61,305 bases of DNA, taken from positions 1-61,305 of the forward strand of contig JANRLW010000034.1 of NCBI GenBank assembly GCA_033762295.1. Reading direction: 5' to 3'. A program made the translations under genes and the position numbers. The stretch is from Capsulimonadales bacterium (GTDB lineage Bacteria; Armatimonadota; Armatimonadia; Armatimonadales; Armatimonadaceae). The number at the start of each line of letters is the position of its first letter. Position 1 is the first letter of the stretch. Positions 51,155-61,168 of the stretch are shown in pieces. A model generated the notes under the pieces. It was not told the DNA's origin. It made no database searches and was given only the letters and a program-made list of their open reading frames with translations.

Positions 51155-52339
51155 ATGACCAGCACTCCGACAACCGAGGATTCGCCGCGGCGTACCTTTC
51201 TGTTCCTGAGTTCCTGTCCGGAACCCTGGGGCGGGAGCGAGGAACTGTGGGGGCAGACGGCGTTGCGCCTGGTCGGCCAGGGACATCGGGTCCATGCGGT
51301 CAAGACGAACGTCGAAACGGAGCATCGCCGTATCCGGCAGATGACGGACGCGGGCATTACCTTCGAGGATCACTGGAACCTCCCGATGGCGGTCGGACTG
51401 AAAGTGGCGCGCCGGTTGCTGCCCCGCCGGTGGAACCGGCGGTTCGATAATCGCGCCTACCAGCACCTGTGCGACACCATGCGTCAGCTGCAACCGGATC
51501 TGGTCGTGATCTCGCAGGGGGAAAATTTCGACGGACTGGAGTTTTCCGGGGCCTGCAGCCAAATGAACATGCCCTACGTCGTGATCTCGCAGAAGGCGTC
51601 GGACTGGAACTGGCCCGTCGACGAGATTCGTCGCTACGTCCGACGCACCTATTTCGAAGCCCGGGCGAGCTACTTCGTCTCCCGGCACAATCGCGAGTTG
51701 ACCGAGGAGCAGATCGGCGTTCGGCTTTCGAACGCGGAGGTGGTCCGCAACCCGTTCCTGACGCCGGTGGAGGAACCGCTGCCCTGGCCCGAAAGCCCTG
51801 ACGGACGGTTCCGGCTGGCCTGTGTCGCCCGGCTTTTCGTGCTGGAGAAGGGACAGGATATCCTGCTGCAAGCCCTGGCGCAGGATCGGTGGAAGGAGCG
51901 GCCTCTGGAGGTGACGTTCTTCGGAAAGGGCATGCAGTCGGAGGCGCTCAGCCGGATGGCCGAACTGCTGGGCGTCACCAATGTCCGGTTCGCCGGATTT
52001 ACCTGGGATGTGCCGGAGATCTGGCGGACCCACCATGCCCTGGTTCTGTCCTCCCGCTGTGAGGGACTGCCCCTCTCCCTGGTGGAGGCGATGTGGTGCG
52101 GTCGTCCGGCGATCGTGACGACGGTCGGGGGCAATGCCGAAATCATTGACGACGGCGTGAACGGCTTTCTGGCCGCGGGATTGAGTCCTTCGTCCTTCGA
52201 TGCCGCGCTGGAGCGTGCCTGGGAGCGGCGGCATGACTGGGAACGGATCGGACGGCTGGCGGCACAGCGTGTCCGTGAACGGATCACGGACGACCCGGTG
52301 GAGACCTTTGCCGAGAAACTGCTGCATCTCTGTCAATAA
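51155..52339 (+). CDS. Glycosyltransferase family 4 (copy 2, tandem paralog)
   Basis: WGGSE, KGQD, SRCEGLPLSLVEAM; colinear with copy 1. Confidence 0.93.
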   Translation: MTSTPTTEDSPRRTFLFLSSCPEPWGGSEELWGQTALRLVGQGHRVHAVKTNVETEHRRIRQMTDAGITFEDHWNLPMAVGLKVARRLLPRRWNRRFDNRAYQHLCDTMRQLQPDLVVISQGENFDGLEFSGACSQMNMPYVVISQKASDWNWPVDEIRRYVRRTYFEARASYFVSRHNRELTEEQIGVRLSNAEVVRNPFLTPVEEPLPWPESPDGRFRLACVARLFVLEKGQDILLQALAQDRWKERPLEVTFFGKGMQSEALSRMAELLGVTNVRFAGFTWDVPEIWRTHHALVLSSRCEGLPLSLVEAMWCGRPAIVTTVGGNAEIIDDGVNGFLAAGLSPSSFDAALERAWERRHDWERIGRLAAQRVRERITDDPVETFAEKLLHLCQ

Positions 52340-52386
52340 ACAGGAATGGCGGAGCGGGGCGTGGGGCGATCCGGGAGAGGGAAGCA

Positions 52387-53577
52387 ATGACGGAAGTATC
52401 CGATTCCGCGAGGGAGACCGCAACCGGCGAAACGAACGAGGACCTGCCGTCCGGATTTTGGGATGTCCGGCGGATGCCTGTTCCGGAGGGGATGAGTCCG
52501 CTCCGGCGGATCGCTTTCGCGATTCGACTGCCGCACTGGTGGAACTACAAGATTCCGCCGGCGCTGGGCGTCGGGTACAGCCTGACGTGGCTGCTGGCCG
52601 TACCGCTGCACGAGGTCACGGTTCCGCTGGCGCTTCTCTTTCTCGGGGGAATCACGGCAGGGATCTTCGCCAGCGTGTTCAACGACCTGATGGATTTTCG
52701 ACAGGACTGGCAGGCGGGGAAACTCACCGGGGTGATGACCTATTCGCGTGGCGGGCGGATGGGCTGGCTCCTGTTCTCCCTGGCCCTCATGCTGGCGGAA
52801 TGGCTTCTGCTGTTGCCCTATCCTCGGGCGCAGGTCTGCTTCCTGGTGATCTGGCTGATCCATGTCGCCTATACCCTGCCTCCGATACGACTGAAGGAAA
52901 AAGGCATCTGGGGCGTTCTCTGTATCGCCGCCGGGGAGCATCTGCTGGCCGCCCTCCTGGCGACGATGCTGATCCTCGACGCAACCGGAAAACTGTTGCC
53001 GACCGTCTGGTTCGTCGCCCTGATGGTGTGGTCGGCGATGATCGGTATACGCAGCATTCTCTGGCATCAGTTATGCGATTTTGTCAATGACCGCAAAGCG
53101 AACTCCCGGACGTTCGGCGCCCGGTACAGTTACGACTTTTTGAAGCGACTGGGGGAGCGGGTCATCTTCCCGGTCGAAGCGACGGCGTTCGCTCTGATGC
53201 TGTACCTGAGCCACAATCCTCTCGCCTGGGCAATACTGGCCGTCCATCTCTACATCGAGTGGACCTGGCACCAGTTCACGGAGGCCAATTTCACTCTGGT
53301 CGCACCGGCTCCCAATCATCGGTTCGCCCTGTTCGAGTACTATCAGGTGTTCTGGCCGCTGGCCTTCGTGTTGCCGGGACTCGGGCGGGACTCCGGCGCG
53401 CTTCCGCTTCTGGCGTTGCAACTTCTCCTTTTTCCGCAGCCGATCCGCGACTGCCTGGTGCATCTTGGGAGCCTGTTGCGCTGGCGGGTCTGGGTGTTCC
53501 TTCTCTCGCGCGGACAGTGGCCGGAAACACCCAAAGCCATGGCGCGGCGACGGCAGAGCGAGCAGGTTCCGGAGTGA
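52387..53577 (+). CDS. UbiA-family prenyltransferase-like membrane protein
   Basis: NDLMDFRQDWQAGK, YTLPPIRLKEKG, HQLCDFVND..SRTF; multi-TM. Confidence 0.8.
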   Translation: MTEVSDSARETATGETNEDLPSGFWDVRRMPVPEGMSPLRRIAFAIRLPHWWNYKIPPALGVGYSLTWLLAVPLHEVTVPLALLFLGGITAGIFASVFNDLMDFRQDWQAGKLTGVMTYSRGGRMGWLLFSLALMLAEWLLLLPYPRAQVCFLVIWLIHVAYTLPPIRLKEKGIWGVLCIAAGEHLLAALLATMLILDATGKLLPTVWFVALMVWSAMIGIRSILWHQLCDFVNDRKANSRTFGARYSYDFLKRLGERVIFPVEATAFALMLYLSHNPLAWAILAVHLYIEWTWHQFTEANFTLVAPAPNHRFALFEYYQVFWPLAFVLPGLGRDSGALPLLALQLLLFPQPIRDCLVHLGSLLRWRVWVFLLSRGQWPETPKAMARRRQSEQVPE

Positions 53578-53598
53578 TCCCGGACCATGGAAAACGCA

Positions 53599-53633
53599 GA
53601 AAGGCCGCCCGTGCGATGGGCGGCCTTTCGTTT
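53599..53633. terminator. Bidirectional terminator
   Basis: GAAAGGCCGCCC-GTGCGAT-GGGCGGCCTTTC between convergent genes. Confidence 0.8.
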
Positions 53634-53647
53634 CGGAAGGGGCATGG

Positions 53648-54622
53648 TTACGGGCGTCGCGCCATCACCTCGCCGGCCAGACCGAAGGAAAAGCCATCGG
53701 CGACGAGTTGAGTCCAGATAAATCCGGCGCGTGCGTCGAAGTCGAGTACGGTCGCCGCGTCCCAGCCGAACGGCATCACCTCGGCATGCTCGACCACGAA
53801 ACCTGCCTCCTCGATGGCCCGAACGAGTTCCTCACGGGAGAACGTCACCCAGCGATACTCCTCGTAGACTTTGGCGAGGACGGCGTCGACCCGCTTCTGC
53901 GATTCGGAACCCGGTTCGAAGGTGGCGCGGAAGTAGTCTTTGATATACAGGTATCCGCCCGGTTTCAGGACGCGATGAACGCCCTCCAGCACCATCGGAA
54001 GCGTATGGGCGTAACCGATCGTTTCCATGAACATGACGCGGTCGTAGCTGTGTTCGGAAACCAGGCTCGGGAGGTAGTGATAATCGCCTTCGAGGACCGT
54101 GATTCGATCGCTCATCCCGGCCCGATCGACGGCGGCTTTCGCCTCCCTGACCAGATTTTCGGCGAGGGTGACTCCGGTGACGCGGATATCGCGCTGTCCG
54201 GCGAACCAGATGGACGGCCCGCAGAAGCCGCAGCCGGCATCGAGCAGGCGCATGCCGTCCGCCAGACGCATGGTATTCATTTCATGCCGCAGCAGGTCCT
54301 CGACATCGGCGGAGCGCACGGCCTGCAGAACGGTTCCATAGGCGGCCTGGTAGTTCTCGCTGTGTTGATTGTAGTGCAGTTCGACCTCGGCAACGTGCGC
54401 GGAAGGTTCCAGCAGGGGGATCGCTTCACGATGCCGATCCGGTCGGGCGAGCACTTTACCTACCGGCGAGGCCGTATCCTCGGCGACCTCCGGGCGATTT
54501 CCGGCCGCCGGTTCGGCGACCGCGCCGGCCGCCTCGAACGGTTCCGCCCCGGTTTTGGCGACACGGGGCGAAAATTCGATCAGGCGATTCATCTGCCGCC
54601 GTAAAAAGTTCCGAACGCTCAT
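53648..54622 (-). CDS. Class I SAM methyltransferase (cyclopropane/sterol/tocopherol MT-like)
   Basis: RLLDAGCGFCG, VTGVTL, RVLKPGG. Confidence 0.88.
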   Translation of the reverse strand: MSVRNFLRRQMNRLIEFSPRVAKTGAEPFEAAGAVAEPAAGNRPEVAEDTASPVGKVLARPDRHREAIPLLEPSAHVAEVELHYNQHSENYQAAYGTVLQAVRSADVEDLLRHEMNTMRLADGMRLLDAGCGFCGPSIWFAGQRDIRVTGVTLAENLVREAKAAVDRAGMSDRITVLEGDYHYLPSLVSEHSYDRVMFMETIGYAHTLPMVLEGVHRVLKPGGYLYIKDYFRATFEPGSESQKRVDAVLAKVYEEYRWVTFSREELVRAIEEAGFVVEHAEVMPFGWDAATVLDFDARAGFIWTQLVADGFSFGLAGEVMARRP

Positions 54623-54712
54623 GTGTGGTATCCTCGACAGTATTCTTTTGTATATTGTCGTCGGATACCGATTCGAAATGGAGGACTTTCACGGCGACCG
54701 TTCGGAGAAACC

Positions 54713-57277
54713 TTATTTTGCCCGGTTTTCGTCCTCATCGGTCGGCGGATGATACGCCGCGGAGGGGAACGGGCGGTTCGGGAACTGCGAATACCAGATG
54801 GCGCGTGAGACGATCCCGGCGTCGGCCCGGTCGACATCCGACCAGTCCAGACGCTCGGAAGCCTCGGCCAACCGTCTTGCCTCGCCTCGCAACGCGGTCG
54901 GCGCGGGATTGCGTTCGTCCAGCGGAATGCGATTGGGCAGCGCCTGATACGGAGTCGGGTCGGGCGTCGATGTGAAACAGGCGGTCATCGGCGTCGCCGT
55001 CCGGTCGAAACGGTTCATCGCCGGGATTCCGAGCACCAGGCCGATCGTGCGCAGGATCGACGTATGGTCGTACATCTCGCTGACGACCTGCCCCCTCCGC
55101 GTGTACGGGGAGATACAGAGGGCGACCGTCCGGTGACCGTCCACATGATCGACGCCGTACTGCGAGTCGTCCTCGATCACCAGGATCAGCGTCTCCTTCC
55201 CGAAACGCGACTTGCTCACGCGTTCCACGATACGCCCGAGGGCCAGATCGTTGTCGGCCACGGTCGCCCGCGGGGTCGGGACGTTGCGGCTCGTCCCCAT
55301 CGTATGGTCGTTCGGGAGCAGAAGTATGCAGAGGTTCGGCATGGCGCCGGCGGTCTCGAAGCGGTCGATGTCGTCGATGAACCGGTCCGCTCGCCACTGG
55401 TCCGGGACAATCGACGGGAAGCCGATGTAGGTCGGGTGCAGGTGCGGTTTGAGCGAGGCGTTGTCGGTGTCCGCCGTGATCTCGTAGTTCTTCATTCCCG
55501 TCCGGTAGTCCTCGTAGATCTCGAAAAACGAGCCGCTCTTTCCGGTTTCGCGGTGACGGACACGGGGTTTGTTGACGAACTCCCCGTAGACACGGACCGT
55601 TTTGCCGCTGGCCAGGGCGGCGTTCCACAGAAAACCGCGCGGCGAATAGGCCAGAGCGTCCCCGCCATCATAAGGGTAGGATCGGGAATGCGCGCCGTAG
55701 TTCTGCTCCATGTAGGCGTTGGCGATGCCGGAGACGGTCCACTGGTGGCCGTCCGCGCTGTTGGTGCCGCTCGTGTAGGTATTGTCGAGCAGCACATACT
55801 GCCGGGCCAGGGCGTGATGATTGGGCGTCACCTCCTCGGGGAAGGTGCACAGGGTGGCGTCACCGTTTCCGATCGGGTTGCCGTTCGCATCCTTCATGTC
55901 TCCGAAGACACCGTCATACGTCTGGTTTTCCTTGATGATGAAGATGACATGCTTGAAGACCGACGGCTCGCCGACCCGTTCGGGGACCGGAACCGGCGCG
56001 AGGTTTTTGCGGGCGGGTGGTTCGCTTTTGCCCCAGCCGTTGTTGCCGGCGACCGTCCGCGAGAGGGTGGCGAGGTCGGTCATCGCGGCCGGCGGGATAA
56101 ACTGCACCGTCCCGACGGTATCGTGGACGCCCTTGCCGGCGCGCGACCCGATTCCCTTGGTGCTGGCGACGAACAGCGTCCCCTGGCGTTCCCGGACCGC
56201 GATCGGGAACCACCCGGTCGGAACGTGCCCCGTGATTCGGCCCGATCCGGCGTCCAGAACCGCGACGGCGTTCGCGCCGCCGCAGGCGACATAGACGCGT
56301 TTTCCGTCGGACGAGACGGCGACATCCGCCGGAATCTGCCCGAAGCCGGGGTCCTCTTTGGGGCGAACGGAGACGCTTTTTCGCACCTTGCCCTCGGTGA
56401 CGGCGACGATCAGCAGGGAATCGTCATTGGCGCTGGCGATATGGAGGGTTTTCCCGTCCGGCGAGAACGCCATTCCGCCCGGTAACTGTCCGGCATCGAC
56501 CGTGCGGACCCCGTAGGTGGCGGTATCGACCAGGGCAAGAGTTCCGCCGAGGGAAGCGTCGGTTTTGGGATCGATCCGGACGGCGGTGCCGGCCGTTCGC
56601 GCCTGCGCCTCCCGATCGGTCGTCGGCCGACTGCCGCGGCAGGCGACGGCCAGGGTCTTCCCGTCCGGCGAGAGCGTGACATGATAGGGTGCGGGGCCGA
56701 CCGGAATCTCTCGGACGAAATCGCCGGTGGCCGTGTCGAGAACGGCGACCGTGTTGCGGATTCCGAGGGCGGCGAAGAGCGATTTTCCGTCCCCGCTGAC
56801 GGCGAGGCCGGTCACCTGAGGGTTCCCGGCGGGCGCGCCCGGAATCCGAACGATCCGATCCTCCTGTCGGGTGACGTTCGCGCCCTCGACCGCGATTCGT
56901 GCGATCTTTCCGTTGTTCATGGAGGCGTACACGCTCTTGCCGTCGGGCGACCAGCAGATTCCCAGCGGACCGGCGTCGATGCCGGGGATGGTGGCGACGG
57001 TTTCACCGTCCGTGCGACAGAGGAGGACCTGACCGGTGGCGAGGAGGGCGACGAGATCGCCGTTCGGAGAGACCGCCAGCGCCTTGGGACGCGATCGGGC
57101 GAGGCGTTTGACCGTGCCGACCGGGGTCAGACGCTGGTGGGACGAGACCAGCACACTGCCGTCGGGCTGTTCCCCGATGGTCAGCGGAGCCAGCGTCACG
57201 CCCAGGGCGGACCCGACGGCCAGACAGGCGACAGTGGCGTAACCGGCAAAAACGGCCTTTCGAACGGAGCGGCGCAT
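54713..57277 (-). CDS. YVTN/YncE beta-propeller fused to phosphoesterase (alkaline phosphatase superfamily)
   Basis: SPDGK repeats; KHVIFIIKENQTYD, SADGHQW, LPNDHT, EDDSQYGVDHVDGHR. Confidence 0.92.
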   Translation of the reverse strand: MRRSVRKAVFAGYATVACLAVGSALGVTLAPLTIGEQPDGSVLVSSHQRLTPVGTVKRLARSRPKALAVSPNGDLVALLATGQVLLCRTDGETVATIPGIDAGPLGICWSPDGKSVYASMNNGKIARIAVEGANVTRQEDRIVRIPGAPAGNPQVTGLAVSGDGKSLFAALGIRNTVAVLDTATGDFVREIPVGPAPYHVTLSPDGKTLAVACRGSRPTTDREAQARTAGTAVRIDPKTDASLGGTLALVDTATYGVRTVDAGQLPGGMAFSPDGKTLHIASANDDSLLIVAVTEGKVRKSVSVRPKEDPGFGQIPADVAVSSDGKRVYVACGGANAVAVLDAGSGRITGHVPTGWFPIAVRERQGTLFVASTKGIGSRAGKGVHDTVGTVQFIPPAAMTDLATLSRTVAGNNGWGKSEPPARKNLAPVPVPERVGEPSVFKHVIFIIKENQTYDGVFGDMKDANGNPIGNGDATLCTFPEEVTPNHHALARQYVLLDNTYTSGTNSADGHQWTVSGIANAYMEQNYGAHSRSYPYDGGDALAYSPRGFLWNAALASGKTVRVYGEFVNKPRVRHRETGKSGSFFEIYEDYRTGMKNYEITADTDNASLKPHLHPTYIGFPSIVPDQWRADRFIDDIDRFETAGAMPNLCILLLPNDHTMGTSRNVPTPRATVADNDLALGRIVERVSKSRFGKETLILVIEDDSQYGVDHVDGHRTVALCISPYTRRGQVVSEMYDHTSILRTIGLVLGIPAMNRFDRTATPMTACFTSTPDPTPYQALPNRIPLDERNPAPTALRGEARRLAEASERLDWSDVDRADAGIVSRAIWYSQFPNRPFPSAAYHPPTDEDENRAK

Positions 57278-57416
57278 GCGGCAGTTCCTCCTGAAAAATA
57301 TCCGGCGACGGTCCGACGGAGCGACCGCCGGGACATTATACGCGATGATACCCGGGTTCGAGCAAGCGTCCGGAGACGGAGGAAGGATTTTTGACGGGGA
57401 TAAGGAACGTCAAAGC

Positions 57417-58187
57417 ATGACAAACCCCTGGGAAACCTTTTTCACCGGTCATGCGCCGACCTATGAAGAGAACGGATTTACAAAGAATACCGAAGCCGAA
57501 GTCGCCTTTCTGATCGAGGCATTGCCGCTATCGCCCGGTGATGCGGTACTGGATATCGGCTGCGGTACGGGACGTCACAGCATCGCGCTGGCGAGGCACG
57601 GGTGCCGTGTGACCGGGGTTGACCTGACACCGGCGATGCTGGACCGGGCGCGAGCGGGGGCGGAGGCCGCCGGGGTGACGGTCGAATGGGTTCTGTCGAA
57701 TGCCGCGCAGTTTCGGCGCGACGGGGCGTTCGACGCGGCGATCTGCCTTTGCGAGGGGGCGTTCAGCCTTCTGGGGACGGACGACGATCCGATCGAGCGG
57801 GACCTTCGGATTCTCCGGAACATCGCGTCCTCGCTGAAACCGGGCGGGACGTTTCTCCTGACGACGCTGAATGCGCACCGGCTGATCCGCGCCGTGACGC
57901 CGGAACAGGTGCGGACGGGGCGGTTCGACCTGGTGACGCTGGTCGAGACGGAGACGATGGAGTTGCCGGACGGGGGCGGGACGGTGACGGTGCGGAGCCG
58001 TGTCTACGTGCCGACGGAGATTCGGTTGATGCTGGAGATCGCCGGATTCTCGGTCGAGGCGATCGGCAGCGGATCGGCGGGTGCCTGGGGTATCTCCGAA
58101 ACGCGGCGACCGCCGGTGGGCGGCCTGGTGCATCCGCTGGAACCGGACGAGATGGAGTTCCTGGTCCTCGCGAGAAAACGTGCCTGA
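57417..58187 (+). CDS. Class I SAM methyltransferase
   Basis: VLDIGCGTGRH, VTGVDL, FDAAIC, LKPGG; TAAGGA RBS. Confidence 0.92.
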   Translation: MTNPWETFFTGHAPTYEENGFTKNTEAEVAFLIEALPLSPGDAVLDIGCGTGRHSIALARHGCRVTGVDLTPAMLDRARAGAEAAGVTVEWVLSNAAQFRRDGAFDAAICLCEGAFSLLGTDDDPIERDLRILRNIASSLKPGGTFLLTTLNAHRLIRAVTPEQVRTGRFDLVTLVETETMELPDGGGTVTVRSRVYVPTEIRLMLEIAGFSVEAIGSGSAGAWGISETRRPPVGGLVHPLEPDEMEFLVLARKRA

Positions 58188-58321
58188 CCCGCGGATCATA
58201 CACCGACACGAGGAGGGTCCTCCCGCTTTCCCTGCACCTCGGTAGCCCTCACCTATTCCGGCAAATAAACTCGGCTCTCGTGAGAGGACAAGGGCATCCT
58301 TCTCGTAACGGCGAGCAGGCG

Positions 58322-59374
58322 TCATCCCGCCTCCCCATGGCCCTGCGTCAGGTACCGTTGCAGATAGGCGATCGCGAAATCGGCGTCCTTTCGGGCATCT
58401 TCCTCGTACCGGATCTTTTCGGCTTCGGTGTTTTCGGTGAAGTGCCATGTCAGCATCTCGACAAAGCGGAGGGCAATGATATCTTCGAGCGAGCGATGTT
58501 CGGACGGCAGAAGCGGGCGTTGCCTTTCATAGGCGGCGAGCAATGCGGCCTCACGGGGGGGCGCGATTTCCGGCATATCCCAGCGTATATCCATCAGAAC
58601 GACGGCCAGATCAAAAAGGAACCAACTGTAGCCACACTCCGCAAAGTCGAATGCCCCGATCTGCCCCTCCTCAAAAACACAGTTGTCAAAGTGCAGGTCC
58701 GAGTGAATGACACCGTACACGTCCGCCCCGGTGCCCAGCGTGCGCAGGGCGCTCCGAATGCGCTCACCGGCGGCTTGCAGTACGACTCGTTGCTCGGGCG
58801 CGAACCAGGCGGCGTTTTCGGGAACGACCAGCGGCGCGAAGACACGGTCGAAGTCCCAGCGTGGCTCAGCGGCGCGCGGATAGGTGGCGGAAAACCGGTG
58901 CAGTCGTCCCAGGAAATCGCCCACCGCGCCGGCGTGTGCATCGGTCGGCCTCTTTCCCGCCTTTTCACCCGGAACAAACGTGAGCAGGGCGGCATGATTT
59001 GTTTCATCCAGGGCCACCATGTCGATCACACGTGGTGCCCGCAGGTCCGTCCCCACGGCAATCGCCTCCAGGAAGGCGCGTTCAAACTGCGCCTGGAAAA
59101 GCCGTTCCGGGCCACCGGAAAACAGGCGCAACACATACGCGCCATCTGCCGCGCTCACCTGAAAAACGCTCTGGGTCGCCTGTGTTTTCAGCCGTGTCAG
59201 GATTGCCCCGGCTTTGCCGAAGCGTTCCAGGGCCTGCTTCGCCGGCCGCAAGAACTGCCGTCGCTTCTCTTTCACGATGGTTTCTCCCGGTGCCGCCCGC
59301 GCCGATTCCCCACGTTGCGGCCGTATTCCTACGGATCGTTCAAACGCACCGGGGCGATTCTCCGTTGGCAGCAA
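58322..59374 (-). CDS. APH/homoserine kinase type II-like phosphotransferase (true start probably downstream)
   Basis: LGRLH, IHSDLHFDN, FDFAEC, FDLA. Confidence 0.85.
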   Translation of the reverse strand: MLPTENRPGAFERSVGIRPQRGESARAAPGETIVKEKRRQFLRPAKQALERFGKAGAILTRLKTQATQSVFQVSAADGAYVLRLFSGGPERLFQAQFERAFLEAIAVGTDLRAPRVIDMVALDETNHAALLTFVPGEKAGKRPTDAHAGAVGDFLGRLHRFSATYPRAAEPRWDFDRVFAPLVVPENAAWFAPEQRVVLQAAGERIRSALRTLGTGADVYGVIHSDLHFDNCVFEEGQIGAFDFAECGYSWFLFDLAVVLMDIRWDMPEIAPPREAALLAAYERQRPLLPSEHRSLEDIIALRFVEMLTWHFTENTEAEKIRYEEDARKDADFAIAYLQRYLTQGHGEAG

Positions 59375-59540
59375 TCGTGCCTCGGCCCCGGGTTAACGTA
59401 AAGCGCTTTCCGAAAATTCGAAAGGAAAATTCGCTTGCTTTCCAGGATTTTCCGAGAGGAACGCTCGACATTTTACAGAAGCCACCTTGCGCTATCGCCC
59501 GGGGGTCCGGACGGAGCGAATTCTCATTCTATTTAACCTT

Positions 59541-60191
59541 TCAGGGTTCGGGTATCCGAAACGGGGGGTCGACGTTAAAAGTGGGATGCACCCCGTCGTT
59601 CCCGACCAGATAGCCGTTCACGGGCGGCAATCCGGCGTTCCCCGGAATCACCGCTTCCGGGATGTACCATTTGGTGTGACCATCGGCGAACGTATAGTTG
59701 GCGCCGCCTTGATGCCGAATCCAGGCGCCCTCCCGCCGATCCTCCTTCGGATAGAATCCGGACTGATAGGGTTCCCGCAGTTCGCTGTCACAAAAACAGA
59801 CCGTGGTTGTAGGAAATGGAATCATGGAATCGGTCGTGGCATATATGCCGGGCGGGCCGGTTGTCTCGGCAGTGAAACGCTCGGCAAAACCTGTGTTGTA
59901 CCCGTAACCCGGAACGCCCCTTATCGGAAAGGAAACGTACCCTGTCACGTCCGGACAGGCGGGGAGCGCTTGCCAGCTTAACCAGGCACGGGTCGTTGGC
60001 CAACCACCGTCATTGTCATCGATATAGGCGCGAATGGAAAGCCAAACTTGCCGAGAGTTGGACAGACAAACGTTCTGTCGAGATTTGGCTCGTGTCTGAA
60101 ATAAAACAGGTAGCAGGATCGCTATCAATACGACAATGATGCCAATAACAATGAGCAACTCAATCAGTGTGAAAGCGGAATGCCTTTTCAT
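59541..60191 (-). CDS. Prepilin-type N-terminal cleavage / H-X9-DG domain protein (DUF1559-like)
   Basis: AFTLIELLIVIGII..ILLPV, CLSNSRQ, RHQGGANYTFADGHTKW. Confidence 0.9.
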   Translation of the reverse strand: MKRHSAFTLIELLIVIGIIVVLIAILLPVLFQTRAKSRQNVCLSNSRQVWLSIRAYIDDNDGGWPTTRAWLSWQALPACPDVTGYVSFPIRGVPGYGYNTGFAERFTAETTGPPGIYATTDSMIPFPTTTVCFCDSELREPYQSGFYPKEDRREGAWIRHQGGANYTFADGHTKWYIPEAVIPGNAGLPPVNGYLVGNDGVHPTFNVDPPFRIPEP

Positions 60192-60245
60192 ACCAATTTT
60201 CCTTTCATAACTTTAGCGAATCCTCCGGCTCCTGGCATTCGCTCA

Positions 60246-60986
60246 GATCAAGTCTATTTTTGTGTGGGTTAGTTTCTGCGCTCGCTTGCTTTGTTATCCG
60301 CCCTGCTCTTCCCGGTCGTCTCGGTTCATGGCCTCCAGTGCCTCCATGTCCAGGTAGCGCTTCAGAGCCCACTCTTCCGTAGCCCGCAGAACCACCGGAC
60401 TGCACAGATTGGCGGCGCTGGCTTCACTGGGGAAAACTCCCACCACACGAGTGCGGCGTTTCACTTCCCCGAACAAACGCTCAAAACCATTGGTCGTTCG
60501 CAGAAGCCGCTGATGGCTCGAAGGAAACGCAAGGAAGGTAAGAGCGTCCGAAATACCCGCCTGTAGCACCGACACAGCCCGCGAAAAACGCTTCTGATAC
60601 CGCGCCACAAAAGCGGCTACCAATCCGTCCGCGCTCTCCCGACGATGCACGGAAAAGATGCTCTTGAGGTCTGCTGCTACCTCGCCGACCTCCGAAGAAG
60701 GAACGTACGCCAAAACATTGCGCTCAAAATGAGCAATACATCGCTGCCAACGCGCCGAAGGCAACTCCGACACAACGGCGGATTTGATACTCTCATGATC
60801 GTCACTGATTACCAACTGACCCCCACGCAAGCCCCGCTCCAGCAGTCCCTTCAGAAGGTTCCTGTAGGCTTCCTTGCGTTCACCTGCCGGCGATTCTACC
60901 ACCAAAACTTCCCGATAGCCCTGCTCATTCACTCCAATGGCTACCAACAACGCCAGATCACCCACATGACTGCCCCAGTTTACCTT
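60246..60986 (-). mobile_element. IS256-family transposase, 5'-truncated, with probable right end
   Basis: LVISDDH, WQRCIAHFERN, RTTNGFER..EVKRRTRVVGVFP; downstream ACACAAAAATAGACTTGATC resembles an IS256 terminal repeat. Confidence 0.85.
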
Positions 60987-60987
60987 T

Positions 60988-61168
60988 TTGAAATCGCGGG
61001 GCTTGACGGGCGTGGATCTGGTCGTCTCGGACGACCATGCCGGATTGGTTAAGGCGGTTCAGGGCAGTTTCGCCGGGGCGAGTTGGCAGCGTTGTCAAGC
61101 GCACTTTCTGAGGAATTTGTCGGATGCCTGCCCAAAGACGGAGAACGAAGCCTTTGTCGCGGCAGCTA
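60988..61168 (+). mobile_element. Internal fragment of a second, different IS256-family transposase
   Basis: LKSRGLTGVDLVVSDDHAGL..WQRCQAHFLRN. Confidence 0.85.
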
